Origin: Octopus sinensis | Taxonomy: Eukaryota | Assembly: GCF_006345805.1 (NCBI RefSeq) | Contig: NC_043001.1 | Coordinates: 122,450,001 to 122,514,000, forward strand | Length of the DNA stretch: 64,000 nucleotides | Reading direction: 5' to 3' | In this document: in pieces, positions 1 to 11,949 of the stretch | Position numbering within the stretch: position 1 is the first letter of the stretch | How the letters are laid out: each line of letters opens with the position of its first letter | Program-made: the position numbers and the translations under genes | Notes under the pieces: model-generated | What the model saw: only the letters and a program-made list of their open reading frames with translations | Told to the model about the DNA's origin: nothing | Database searches by the model: none

Positions 1-534
1 CTTAATCTGGCCTCAATCCTTTATTCTGTTCAGCATGAGTGGAGGTACAACCAGAAGCTTACCCTCCAGTGGCATAGCTCTCATTGTCATTGAGGTTCAG
101 ACACCATACTGCAACGAAGACTGAAATTGTGCCGGAACATAGACCGCTGATACACTACTAAAAACTTCGTTATCATGTAGTGTAAATAAAGTGATGCAGC
201 CTGGGAAAAAACAATTTATTCGCACAGGTGGAATTGAACTTTGAACTAAAATAAATTAACGGTATAATGCTGTTGTTCCTTACAGTAAGCAGAACCGCCC
301 AATAGTACTTGAGGTTAAGCAACTATTCTAACCACTATTCTAGCACGCACTGTTCACATAGGCACATGTATGGGTATGCGGTTTAAAAGCTTGTTCTTCA
401 ACCATGTGGTTTTGGATTCAGTGCCACCGCATGTTACCATAGGCAAGTGTCTTCTACTATATCCTCCTTTCGACCAACGATTTGTAAATAAATTCGCTAA
501 ACGGAAAGTATGTAGAAGCCTGCTGTATATATAT

Positions 535-945
535 GTTAGTCGTATGGAAGATGGCAGAATCTTCAAGGACATACTCTACGAAGAGTTTGCTAGGGGCATT
601 AGGTCTGTTGGAAGACCATTCTTACAGTACAAGGATGTCTACACAAGGGACATGAAGGCCTGCAATATCAATATTAGCAACTGGGAAGCGGTTTGGCAGC
701 AACTATGGAGATTGGCGACGCACCATAGAAGGAGTGACTGAGGTAACAAGAAACTATGACCTTACAATCAGCCAGGTAAAGTCTTCGCTACATCTACGTC
801 ACCTGCCAGAGGGAGTGTTTGTCCAGGATATGACTACATAGCCACAGCAAGAGATGTAAATGATATGAAATGTAAAAACCAGACTGGATTATTATATGCG
901 CAACTCCATTGTCTCTCGAAACAAAAGGATACCACTCCATATATT
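535..945 (+). mobile_element. Decayed 3' fragment of an RTE-clade LINE
   Basis: The distal half of ORF 370..741 reads SRMEDGRIFKDILYEEFARGIRSVGRPFLQYKDVYTRDMK, matching the post-RT motif of RTE elements (HVxRMxDxRIPKxxLYGEL...GRPxxRYKD). The upstream part of that ORF is SINE-derived. Confidence 0.7.
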
Positions 946-1237
946 TATGTGTGCGCATTTATTTGCATTCACTACCATACACCATTCTCTCCCTAATATT
1001 GAATCTTGCAACTGAGTTATGGGAGAGAGATAAAGTCTGCTGTCCTGTTTAGCACCATTACCTAACCTTTACATGTATTTTGGTGGTGTTTAATCTGTTG
1101 CAAGCATCCGAACCAGAAATCTTGTGTGAATGCAACTTTTCTTCTTCTTCCCACCAGTCATATAAAATAACATAACTGCATCGACAGTTACACACAGATA
1201 TACAAACAGACACAAGCATACATATATATACACGCAC

Positions 1238-1556
1238 ATGGGTAAAGACCCTTTTCAGTCATGAATGACCATAGGATTGCACCTAGGAAATTCCTCACCG
1301 ACGTACAAGTCCGGGAAAGGTTGTTTACAGAAGACCAACAGTCACCTATGAATACCAGCCCCCACTTCTGCACGCCAGCAATATTATCCAAGGGAAACTG
1401 ACGTCGCAACTCATTTCTACAGCTGAGTGAACTGAAGCAACATGAAATGAAGTCTCTTGCACAAGAATACACCTCACAGGTCGATCCCGGAATCGAACTC
1501 ACTACCTCATGTTTATGAGCCCGACGCTCTAATCACTGAGTCATTTATGCCTTCAC
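1238..1556 (-). mobile_element. tRNA-derived SINE (family C type)
   Basis: The reverse complement has an A-box/B-box head (GAGTTCGATTCCGGGA) and a body similar to the copies at 26145-26447 and 29711-29960. Confidence 0.6.
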
Positions 1557-2117
1557 ACGCATACACACAGTACAATATACGAACAAGTGAGGAAGCCTCT
1601 ACATGGTCACTTGACCTGCAGTCAGTCAAATCTCCTTCAAACCACAATCAAGTGTTTTCCTAAAACTGGATAGACACATGATAATATAGCCTTATGTAAT
1701 GGGACCTTTGTTCGGAGAATTCTGGCACCATGGAACACATTTTAGCTACTAGAGCTCTTAAATCTACAGTGGCCCGAAGTAGGACTAACCAGGGCCCCAA
1801 CTATGGGTTAATTAGCATGTCGCAGGATTGCTTCCAGAAGGTTACTCACAGATGCTCCAATGAACCCAGAACAAACGAGGCCCTTTAGCCATCCTATCTT
1901 TTTTATATGTAAGACTACACTCACAAATGTGCTATTGTATTTTTAAGACGATGTAAGAGAAATTTGCAAGCTATTTCCATTCGTCCGTGAGCATGTTTGA
2001 CCCTTGTTTAATCAGATCATGCAATATATCTTTAAGTACTCCTTTGCTCTGAAAATAATGTATACTATATGCTTCGATGACTAAATAAGTTTAATATATT
2101 TTCTTTTAATCCCTAAG

Positions 2118-2286
2118 CTGAAGTCCGCCGTTGGTGTTACTATACAAACTGGTCTCAATATAGAACTGGACTGGCAAAATTTGTACCAGAAGATATTGAT
2201 GCAAACTTATGTACACATATATCATATGCGTTCGCTGCTCTTAAGAATGGGAAGTTAGCAACGTTTGAATGGAATGATAATGATAT
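2118..2286 (+). CDS. GH18 chitinase-like protein (chi-lectin with CBM14), first visible coding exon
   Basis: AG at 2116-2117 and GTAAGT at 2287. Encodes [39 protein letters not shown], the canonical GH18 N-terminus. Starts in phase 1, so an upstream signal-peptide exon is required but was not located. The 9 exons total 1310 nt, about 436 aa. Confidence 0.95.
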
Positions 2287-3015
2287 GTAAGTAGCAGAGG
2301 AGATTTAAAATTCTTAACACTAAAATGAGTATAAGTTAATGAAATATAAAAATGTGAAATAACTTCGTATTGTTGTCTGCTTTTTAATGTATCCAGGATT
2401 ACGTTAGTCAATATCTTTGTTTTCTAGACAATACAGTCTAATATGAGGCAAAAACACTTCGCTACTATATCTGCTGTACCTATCTATCTACACACAAACA
2501 CGCGCGCGCGCACATATACGTACATGCATACATACTTAAATACATGCATACACGCATGCATACATACATACACCAGATTACAAGCTCAGGTTTATATCTG
2601 TAATTATTGGAGCCCTGGTATATGTAACACACTACCTAAATGCTAACTTTGAGAAATTAGGCTTCTCAAAATCAGAAAGGAGAAGGCTAATTCGAAGACT
2701 ACAAATCCATCCCATCACTGGAACTGTAAAAATCTGTAAGACTTTCCAGAAGTTTGTCATTTAAATATAGATGAGCATGTCTAGATATGTAACTATATGC
2801 ATGAGAATACATACATAAAACATACAAATCTGCACATACATACATATATACATACATACATACATACATACATGCATAAATGCATACATACAAACAAAAA
2901 TACTCTGTTATTGATATTGAGGTTCCAACGAAGTAACCTTGGATTTAGGTTAGAACCGGTTCTTTCTCTATTGGCAAGAAATCTTGAAATACTGAATAAT
3001 GACATATATACATAG

Positions 3016-4253
3016 AGAAAGGGTGGGCTGAAAGGTTCATAGACTGACTATGAGGGATTGATGCTAGAGCTGTGAAATCTTGCATGTATTAATTTCATCT
3101 CTTATTAATAACTACATTGTGTCTTTCTTGGTAAACTGATATCTGACTGTTCAAAGAAGACTTCAAAGGTAACTAGCAGCGACTTCTCTTAAAAAGGGAG
3201 AAAATTTGACAACGTGATGTTATCAACTACTTGCAGTAAAAGGGATTTAACCCCCAACGACATTCATGCTGACATTAGGGGATGCTACATTAAGGGATGA
3301 CGCTCCAGCTTTATCAACAGTGTAAAAGTGGACAGCTGATTTTAGGAGTAGAAGGGTGAGTCTTGAAGATGACCCAAGGTCTGGACGTCCTTCAACTGTC
3401 ACAGCTGAAGAAAACATTGATTGTGTTCACCACCTGATGATGGATGACATGGGATTGACTATAGATCAAATAGCCAATGGTATTAGCAGATCTCGTGAGA
3501 GAATTCCGAAAATTCTGCACAACGAACTTGGTATGACGAAGGTTTTTGCACGGTGACTGCCACGTCTTCTGACACCTGATCAAAAGTACACCAGGCTGAT
3601 AAAAAAAAAATACCACGGAAAAATCTGACATTGTTAGAGGCAGACCCAACTGGTTTCGTTAAACTTTTCCTAATCCAGGATTAGTGTTGGCTTCATCACT
3701 TTGAGCGAGTGACAAAAAAAAAAACAATCCATGCAGTGCAACACTCCTGCTTCAAACAAGGCCAAGGTCATTTCATCTGCAGGGAAGATAATGGCCACAG
3801 TTTTTTGGGATGCAAAAAGCATTGTGTTTATTGACTTTCTTCAAGGGGGCCACGAATGTCTATCAAGACCAAATTCCCAGGAAAACTGACGAAAGGCACA
3901 AGGCCCAAAACATCGAAACACTGCTCAGCCCACAAGTCCTTGCTTTCAATGGCTGCTGTGCATGACTGTAGCTTTGAAATAGATCACTCCTATTCTCCTA
4001 ATTAGGCTCCATCTGGTATCTACTGCTCCCCAGCATTTGGGGACGCACTTGGTTGGGAACCAATATCGTAGTGATGATGACATCATATCTGCTGTTAGTA
4101 TTAGTTGCTTTTGAAGTGTTCTTCGAACAGTCAGGTGTCAGTTTACCTGGAAAGAAATAATGAAGTTATTAATGAGAAGGGTTGAAGCTATAGTATTTCG
4201 CAGTTCTAGCATCATTCCTTCAGTCAGCCTATGAACCCTTCAGCCCACCCTCG
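3016..4253 (+). mobile_element. Defective near-full-length mariner DNA transposon
   Basis: Imperfect TIRs of about 55 bp (AGGGTGGGCTGAAAGGTTCATAG... / ...CTATGAACCCTTCAGCCCACCCTCG). Transposase remnants: LEDDPRSGRPST, the WVPRLL motif as R*LPRLLTPDQK, and the YSPDLAPSD motif as YSPN*APSG. Multiple stops and frameshifts. Confidence 0.9.
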
Positions 4254-4262
4254 TGTGTGTGA

Positions 4263-4299
<37 letters not shown>

Positions 4300-4447
4300 T
4301 ATCGTTACTAATCTATACATACAGTATTATAGAAGAAATAAGTGAAGTTGAAAATAAAAATACATTTTAACTGGTTTTATATTTGTGTGGTTTGTAAAAG
4401 TGTAACTAAACTGTATGTATATATATGTACGTATGTATGTATTTATG

Positions 4448-4481
<34 letters not shown>

Positions 4482-4865
4482 TGTATGTATGTATGTACGT
4501 ATGTGTGTATGTATGCATACATGTATGTGCGTATGTGTGTAGGAATAAATGTATTTGAAAGCACTATCTCTTTTTTGCATTAACCTACAAATTTTTTAAT
4601 CTTATAGGCTTCTATTAAACTTCAAATACTGAAGAATTTGGAAGTATTTAGTAATGGCTACTAACTTTTTATTATTATTTAGATTAGCCTCTGCCATTTG
4701 TAATATATTCTCATAGAACTTCCCTGAATCGAATAAAATACAGATCGAGTACTGAAGAACATGATATCGCTTCTCTTGCCTAAAAATTGCTTTCGTGTGC
4801 AAAATATGAAATTAATGTTTCTTTTGTTGTGTATTTTAGCCTATCTATATTTTTATTATATACAG

Positions 4866-5118
4866 GTACAACAGAGTTAACAGCCTAAAGACATCACATC
4901 CAAACTTAAAAACATTACTTTCAGTCGGAGGCTGGAATATGGGATCTATGCCATTTGTCAATACTGTTGTCACCGAAGGAACACGCAGGTCTTTCATTGG
5001 ATCAGCCATAGATTTTCTACGCCGCAATGATTTTGATGGCTTAGATATTTGCTGGCAGTATCCTACATCAAGAGGAAGTCCTGACGTCGATAAAGAAAGA
5101 TTTTCAATGTTACTCAAG
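4866..5118 (+). CDS. GH18 chitinase-like protein, exon 2 (catalytic-motif exon)
   Basis: TACAG acceptor and GTAATG donor; phase 2 joins AT|G. Encodes YNRVNSLKTSHPNLKTLLSVGGWNMGS...FDGLDICWQYPTSRGSPDVDKERFSMLLK. Confidence 0.95.
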
Positions 5119-6124
5119 GTAATGTAGGGCCGTTTGCAAACTTTTTACTTAAATTTTTCTGTTCTAAAATTCGGTGGTCGATGAAATGAGTACCCGTCAA
5201 TGCATTCCTGAATATCTGTCTGTAACACGAAATCCCGTAATGCGAAATTAAGCTTCCTATTGATTTTCATGCTATCAAGTGAGATTGCATTCCTAAGGAT
5301 TTATTCAAAAAAGAAGCCACAAGAAAGAAACAGACAAGCAACACGATCACCTTTATGCATGTAGATAATTTTTTTGTTGTACATAGTACAACAGAGAGAT
5401 ATGCTTTTCTATTCTAGGCACAAGGCTCGAAATTTTAAGGGAGGGGGCCAGTCGATTAGATCGACCCCAGTACACAACTGGTACTTAGTTTATCGACCCC
5501 GAAAGGATGAAAGTCAAAGTCTACCTCGGCGGAATTTGAACTCAGAAACAACAGAGATATATTAAAAGAACAAATCTGTTTTATAAGAATCGTAATATCG
5601 CAAGAGTACGTTCTTACCACAAAACATTTTGACTGCTGTGAGAGAGGTGTTGGTGAAACGTGCGTTACTAGATGAATGAGGAATGAGGAACAATATTTAT
5701 TATCTTATAGTTCATCATCACCAACATCAGCTTCAGAAATGAAGAACTTATCAAAAGTAGTTTGTTGTTTATGACGCATCATTTCTTTGCACAGTTCAGT
5801 ATAGAAACTAAGCTCATTATAAATTCCTCTTTTGATTTTTTTGTTACATTATATATATACAATGTAACATATATATATATATATAATTAACATATGTTAC
5901 ATATGTTAATTATATGGTATGTGTATGTATAAGTAAATGTATATGTATTTTTATGATATTAGTTCTTGGGAAGTGAATATTTTCATTATAAACGGACATG
6001 AATTTTAATTCATTTTACCACTAATTAATTTACTCTAGGTATACAGGTTTTTTCTCCTTCTACTATGTTGCCTGTATTTGCTTGTATATGTATGAAGGCT
6101 TGTACTATCATTTGTATGTTTAGC

Positions 6125-6162
<38 letters not shown>

Positions 6163-6461
6163 AGTTTTTTTTGGTATGTGTATGTATAGGTAAATGTATA
6201 TGTATTTTTATGATATTATTTCTTGGGAAGTAAATATTTTTATTATAAACGGAGATAAATTTTAATTAATTTTACCACTAATTAATTTACTCTGGGTATA
6301 GAGTGTTTTTTCTTTCTACTAAAGTTAATTTATGATTTAATGTTTTCTTCGATTTTAAATAATATGATTTTATGTGTATGTATGTATGCATGTATGTATG
6401 TATGTATGTATGTATGTATGTGGTTTTGTGTATTCTCACTACATACTTATTTAATTTTTAG

Positions 6462-6586
6462 GAAATGCGGGCTGCTTTTGATGAAGAAGGCAAGCGAACA
6501 AACCGTGCTCCTTTGCTCATTGGCGTTGTTGTGGGCTCAGAAGATCGTTTAGTTGATAGAGCATATGATATTGACACCTTAAACAC
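6462..6586 (+). CDS. GH18 chitinase-like protein, exon 3
   Basis: TTTTTAG acceptor and GTAAGT donor; phases 0 and 2. Encodes EMRAAFDEEGKRTNRAPLLIGVVVGSEDRLVDRAYDIDTLN. Confidence 0.93.
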
Positions 6587-7085
6587 GTAAGTGCATTTCT
6601 TTCATTCCCCCTTTTCACATTAGATACGACTTAATTATTTTTGTCTTATTATCAATGAAGTTACTGACGAGTTTCTGCTCAATAAGTAAACTTGCTTGAA
6701 TTTACACACAGAAAATAAAGAGATTATCCTGACTTGTAGCATTGCTGGCTAGTCTTTCGTCAAGAAGAATTGAGATTCTTCCCCTCACGATAAGAAGTTA
6801 TAGCTACTGCTATTTAAATCAAACACAAGCTGGAAGCTAGAAGGCTTTGGATTTCGTGCGTTTATCGCAGGTGTCATTAAAATATTTAGACATTGCGGTT
6901 ATTTCTCTTTTTAAACAAAAGAATGGCGGGTATATATTCGCTATTAAATAAACAACCAACAGTGAAACATGTTAAGAACGTTTCGTTTATTGTTAATCTG
7001 TGCTAAAAGAAGAACCATTTGTATTATCATTTGGTTACTTTCCACAACGAGGGCATTATGAATTGTAGTCTAACTACACTAAACT

Positions 7086-7141
<56 letters not shown>

Positions 7142-7274
7142 TGTGTGTGTGTTTTGTTTGTGTTTGTAAGTGTTTCTGTATACCGTTAAGAGATAATGCC
7201 TACTTTATATAGGAGTTTATATCGCATATCGATAAATAATAATCGAAAGAATTCGTACAATTATATTAAAATAA

Positions 7275-7503
7275 GGCGGCGAGCTGGCAGAACCGTTAGC
7301 GCGCCGGGCGAAATGCTTAGCTGTATTTCGCCTGTCGTTATGTTCTGAGTTCAAATTCTGCCGAGGTCGACTTTGCCTTTCATCCTTTCGGGGTCGATAA
7401 ATAAAGTACCAGTTTCGCACTGGCGTCTATGTAATCGACTTAATCCGTTTGTCTGTCCTTGTTTGTCCCCTCTATGTTTAGCCCCTTGTGGGCAGTAAAG
7501 AAA
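7275..7503 (+). mobile_element. tRNA-derived SINE family A (representative copy)
   Basis: Head GGCGGCGAGCTGGCAGAA...GAGTTCAAATTCTGCCGAGG. Similar copies at about 5410-5548(-), 7975-8164(+), 11712-11870(+), 14020-14203(-), 32725-32953(-), 47135-47350(+), 58815-58970(+) and 60682-60910(-). Confidence 0.85.
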
Positions 7504-8165
7504 TATATATTAAAATAAGCACAAGGGTCTATATGATTGATTAAACCCATTGAAGGTGGTGCCCTAGAGTGGCTGCAGCCCAATGATTGAAACCAATAAG
7601 AGAATAACAAAATGTTGGTAGCACTCGTAGGAATTCAAGTTTATTTTGAAAACTTTGTGAGGAAAGAAAGTTTATACAGAACACAATGACATGAATTTTG
7701 TTTTAGCCGTTTGATACCAAAGATGGTATAAGTCCTAAAAAGGTAGTCCTGGGGGTGCATGCTTAGAGAAGAACATCTTTAAAAACTATATCCTTGTCGT
7801 CTCTTTTACCATATGAGTTATTATCAATTGTATCTGTACTTCAAGAAGTAAACAGTGTTTACTAAAAAATCGAAGATGTTACATGTGCCATTATTTGGCT
7901 AAGAATGGTGGCAAGCTGGCAAATATTGTTATTACGCCAAACAAGATGATTAGCGGTATTTCCTCCCGGAAGTAAGACGGCGAGCTGGCAGAAACGTTAG
8001 CACGCCGGGCAAAATGCGTAGTCTGCCGCTACGTTTTGAGTTCAAATTCTGCCGAGGTCGACTTTGCCTTTCATCCTTTCGGGGTCGATTAAATAAGTAC
8101 TAGTTACGCACTGGGGTCGATGTAATCGACTTAATCCGTTTGTCTGTCCTTGTTTGTCCTCTCTG

Positions 8166-8330
8166 GGATATTTGTCCATCTTGTTTGTTGTTAACACAAC
8201 GTTTCGGCTGATATACCCTCCAGCCTTCAAGATACCTGACGAAGGCTGGAGGGTATATCAGCCAAAGCGTGTTAACAACAAACAAGATGAGGACAAATAT
8301 CCGACCAATGTAAATAATGTAAATAATGTA
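8166..8330. mobile_element. Short inverted dimer of a PLE-like 3' terminus with a degenerate hammerhead
   Basis: Arms of about 62 bp (8166-8228 and 8241-8302) around a 12-nt spacer. The + arm carries CTGACGA-AGGCTG...CAGCC; the - arm carries GAAACGTT. Confidence 0.55.
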
Positions 8331-8794
8331 CAAGTATTTTCTTTTACTTGTTTCCGTCATTTGACTGCGGCCATGCTGGAGCACCACCTTTAGTCGAATC
8401 AAATCGACCCCAGGATTTATTCTCTGTAAGCCTAGTACTTATTCTATCGGTCTTTTTTGCCAAACCGCTAAGTTACGGGGATGTAAACACACCAGCATCG
8501 GTTGTCAAGCGATGTTGGCGTGACAAACACAGATACACAACATATACACACACATACATATATATATATGCATATATACGACTTGCTTCTTTCAGTTTTC
8601 ATCTACCAACTCCACTCACAAGGCTTTGGTCGGCCCGAGGCTATAGTAGAAGACACTTGCCCAAGGTGCCCAGCAGGGTTTAGATGGCGGGGTTCTTCAT
8701 TGAACATGCTCGGTGAAAAGACAGTGAAAGGATCGATCACTTATCTGAAAACCTCATAATGGAAGTATATTATAACAAATATGTAAAGAAACCA

Positions 8795-9195
8795 GGAGTG
8801 GCTGTGTGGTAAGTAGCTTGCTTACCAACCACATGGTTCCAGGTTCAGTCCCACTGCGTGGCATCTTGGGCAAGAGTCTTCTGCTATAGCCCCGGGCCGA
8901 CCAATGCCTTGTGAGTGGATTTGGTAGACGGAAACTGAAAGAAGCCTGTCGTATATATGTATATATATATGTGTGTATGTGTGTGTATATGTTTGTGCGT
9001 CTGTGTTTGTCCCCCTAGCATTGCTTGACAACCGATGCTGGTGTGTTTACGTCCCCGTCACTTAGCGGTTCGGCAAAAGAGACCGATAGAATAAGTAATG
9101 GGCTTACAAAGAATAATTCCCGGGGTCGATTTGCTCGACTAAAGGCGGTGCTCCAGCATGGCCGCAGTCAAATGACTGAAACAAGTAAAAGATAA
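8795..9195 (+). mobile_element. tRNA-derived SINE family B with internal microsatellite (representative copy)
   Basis: Head GGAGTGGCTGTGTGGTAAGTAGC...GGTTCAGTCCCACTG, central (TA/TG)n, tail GACTGAAACAAGTAAAAGA. Other copies at about 8340-8670(-), 9655-9932, 14755-15075, 30655-31070, 44320-44480, 48497-48900, 49612-50025, 54230-54720(-), 57890-58100 and 61030-61240(-). Confidence 0.85.
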
Positions 9196-9976
9196 AGATA
9201 AGATAAACCCGGATCCATGTGGTTGGTAAGCAAGCTACTTAGCTGTTGTGCCGATAATATATTGTTTCACAATTTATCGAGCCATTAATTTTGGTTGGAT
9301 TCCTTTTCATAATTACGTTTGTACACTACTTAATATTTGGGGATTGTTTACTGATTTATAATATATTTATAAAGTTCCTGGTAGTTATATGCTCTGATTA
9401 AACATTTCAAAGCTATACAGCAACTAATTTATTCTCATAAGCTAGAATAAAAAGTTTACTTATATAGCTTCTGCCCATCCGCGCACGAGGTATGCACAGC
9501 TTGAACCACATATGTGGAAATATTCAGATGAAAAAAAAAAAGAAATAATAGTAATGCTGATAGGTCGAGGGTTTAGATGGCGCGGTTCTTTATAGAAAAT
9601 GCTTGGTGAAAAGACAGTGAAAGGATCACTTGTCTGAAAACCTCATAGTGGTATAGGCGCAGGAGTGGCTGCGTGGTAAGTAGCTTGCTTAGCAATCACA
9701 TGCTTCTGGGTTCATTCCCACTGCGTGGCACATTGGGTAAGTGTTTTCTACTATAGCCTCGGGCCGACCAAAGCCTTGTGAGTGGATTTGGTAGATGGAA
9801 ACTGAAAGAAGCCTGTCGTTTATGTATATATGTATATATGTGTGTGTGTGTGTTTGTGTGTCTGTGTTTGTCCCCCCAACATCGCTTGACAACCGATGCT
9901 GATATGTTTACGTCCCCGTTACTTAGCGGTTCGACATACATACATACATACATACATACGTACATACATAAATATA

Positions 9977-10031
<55 letters not shown>

Positions 10032-11411
10032 AGTTATTTTATTCCACACGGGTAGAAATGTAGGCAAGATAGAAATTGAAAATATACTGAGAATAGTTAA
10101 CATCTAGAGTATAGCCTTTTCAGAAAACGTAATAGACTGATTAACTAAAGAGACAAAAAATTTGCTTCATTATGTTAATTACGCTTTGACACAGATAAAT
10201 TCATATATACTCTCACATGATACTTTTGGAACGCAACCGTGTGTCACTAAAATGTACTAGAGCAAAGCCTCTAAATTAACATAATAATCGAATTATGTAA
10301 AGAGGCAAAAATATACGTTTCTATATATTTTTTACATTTGTAAGCAGATATTGATGTTCATATGTGTCTCGATATGTGACCTTACAGTGCAGCTGTGTAT
10401 TAACAAAATATGCCAACAAATAGTTATAGATGCATATTCCAAACTTTCAATATGGTTCTTTTTCTTATATTTTCGTTATTCTTAATGCTGTTGTTGTTTC
10501 GGTGAGAATCTTGTCATTTTGTATAGCTGTCACTAATTTTCCAACAAATTTTCGCTTTTTTATAGCACTAGGGTGTAATTTAAAGGAATTTGGCTGCTAT
10601 TTATTCTACGTCAAGTGGCCACATACAGAGTATCTCGTTGGATAATCTGAAGATTGTCGCGGATAGTAACTGTAACGATTATGCTGATTGTAATAATGAT
10701 TATGATGATGTAGAGCGGTGGTTTCACAGAATCGTTGGAGCAACGGAAAATGTCCATTGTACAATAGGCACAAAGACTAAAAATCGGAGTTAGGGGTCGA
10801 GTCGATTACAATACTCAACTGGTACTTATTTTATCGGCTGTGAAAGGATCAAAGATAAATTTGGCTTTAGTGAAATTTGGACTCAGATCGTAAAGCCAGA
10901 AGACATGCCGCAAAGCAGTTGAGCGATGTGGTAACGATTTTACCAGCTCATCCACATCGGATAAAACACCTTACTGTATTTTTCCGGCTCTTTGAGTTCT
11001 GAGTTCAAATCACCGAGGTCTTCTTTGCCTTTCATCTTTTCGGGATTGGGCAAATGTAGTACTGTATTAGTAAATCACTAGAGTCCATTATGTCCACTAA
11101 TCCGTTCCTACCGAATTTCAGGTCTTATGCCTATTCTAGAATAAATTACGATTATGACAGTTATGATGTGAACAATGACGATAGCGATGACAAAGATAGG
11201 TATAATTAAGATGATGACGAAGATGACAATATGGATGAAAGGAAGAATAACTATGACAAAGATGATGATAGCGACAATATTCAAAATATCAGAAATATAA
11301 AAATCTGTTGTTCATGCAGGTCCAGTTTTTATTTTAGATTCATTTGTAGGTTTGATTAAATGCTGAAATATGTTTATTTTTCTTTATTAATTAAATTAAT
11401 CATTCTGGCAG

Positions 11412-11538
11412 ATCAGTAGATGCGGTTTCCCTGTTAACCTATGATTTCTATACCCCTGGAACCTTTAAGCATGCTGCTCATACAAGTGCCCTCTATGCAG
11501 GAAAGAGTTCAGTGGGACCCGATATGATGAAAAATGTT
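11412..11538 (+). CDS. GH18 chitinase-like protein, exon 4
   Basis: GGCAG acceptor and GTAAGT donor; phases 2 and 0. Encodes SVDAVSLLTYDFYTPGTFKHAAHTSALYAGKSSVGPDMMKNV (canonical MTYDF region). Confidence 0.93.
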
Positions 11539-11901
11539 GTAAGTAATTTTGTGTTCACGTATTTCATACACCAAATATACTTAAATCTTGTTTCACTTTC
11601 ATTTTCACTTGTTGCCGTCATCCTTTATGTAAAGCTCCACACAAATTGTAATCTGCCGTTGTAATGAGCCCTCTCTAATACACCTGGGGCAAATAAAAGA
11701 AATTACTATTAAGATGGTGAGCTGGCAGGATCGTTGATGCGCCGGACAAAAGGCTTAGCAACTTTTCAATCTGAGTTCAAATGCTGCCGATATCGACATT
11801 GTTTTTCATCCTTTCGGGGTCGATGAAATAAGTAGCAGTTAAGCACTGGGTTGACGTAACTGACTTCTACGTTCTCTTACAATACGGTTGCCATAAATAT
11901 A

Positions 11902-11949
<48 letters not shown>

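Noticed and set aside
370-741. 123-aa ORF as a host gene
   Set aside because: It is a chimera of a SINE fragment and an RTE LINE remnant.
1-2117. Signal-peptide/start exon of the chitinase-like gene
   Set aside because: No ATG-initiated hydrophobic segment ending in a phase-1 GT donor could be identified. It probably lies upstream of the window or is too short to call.
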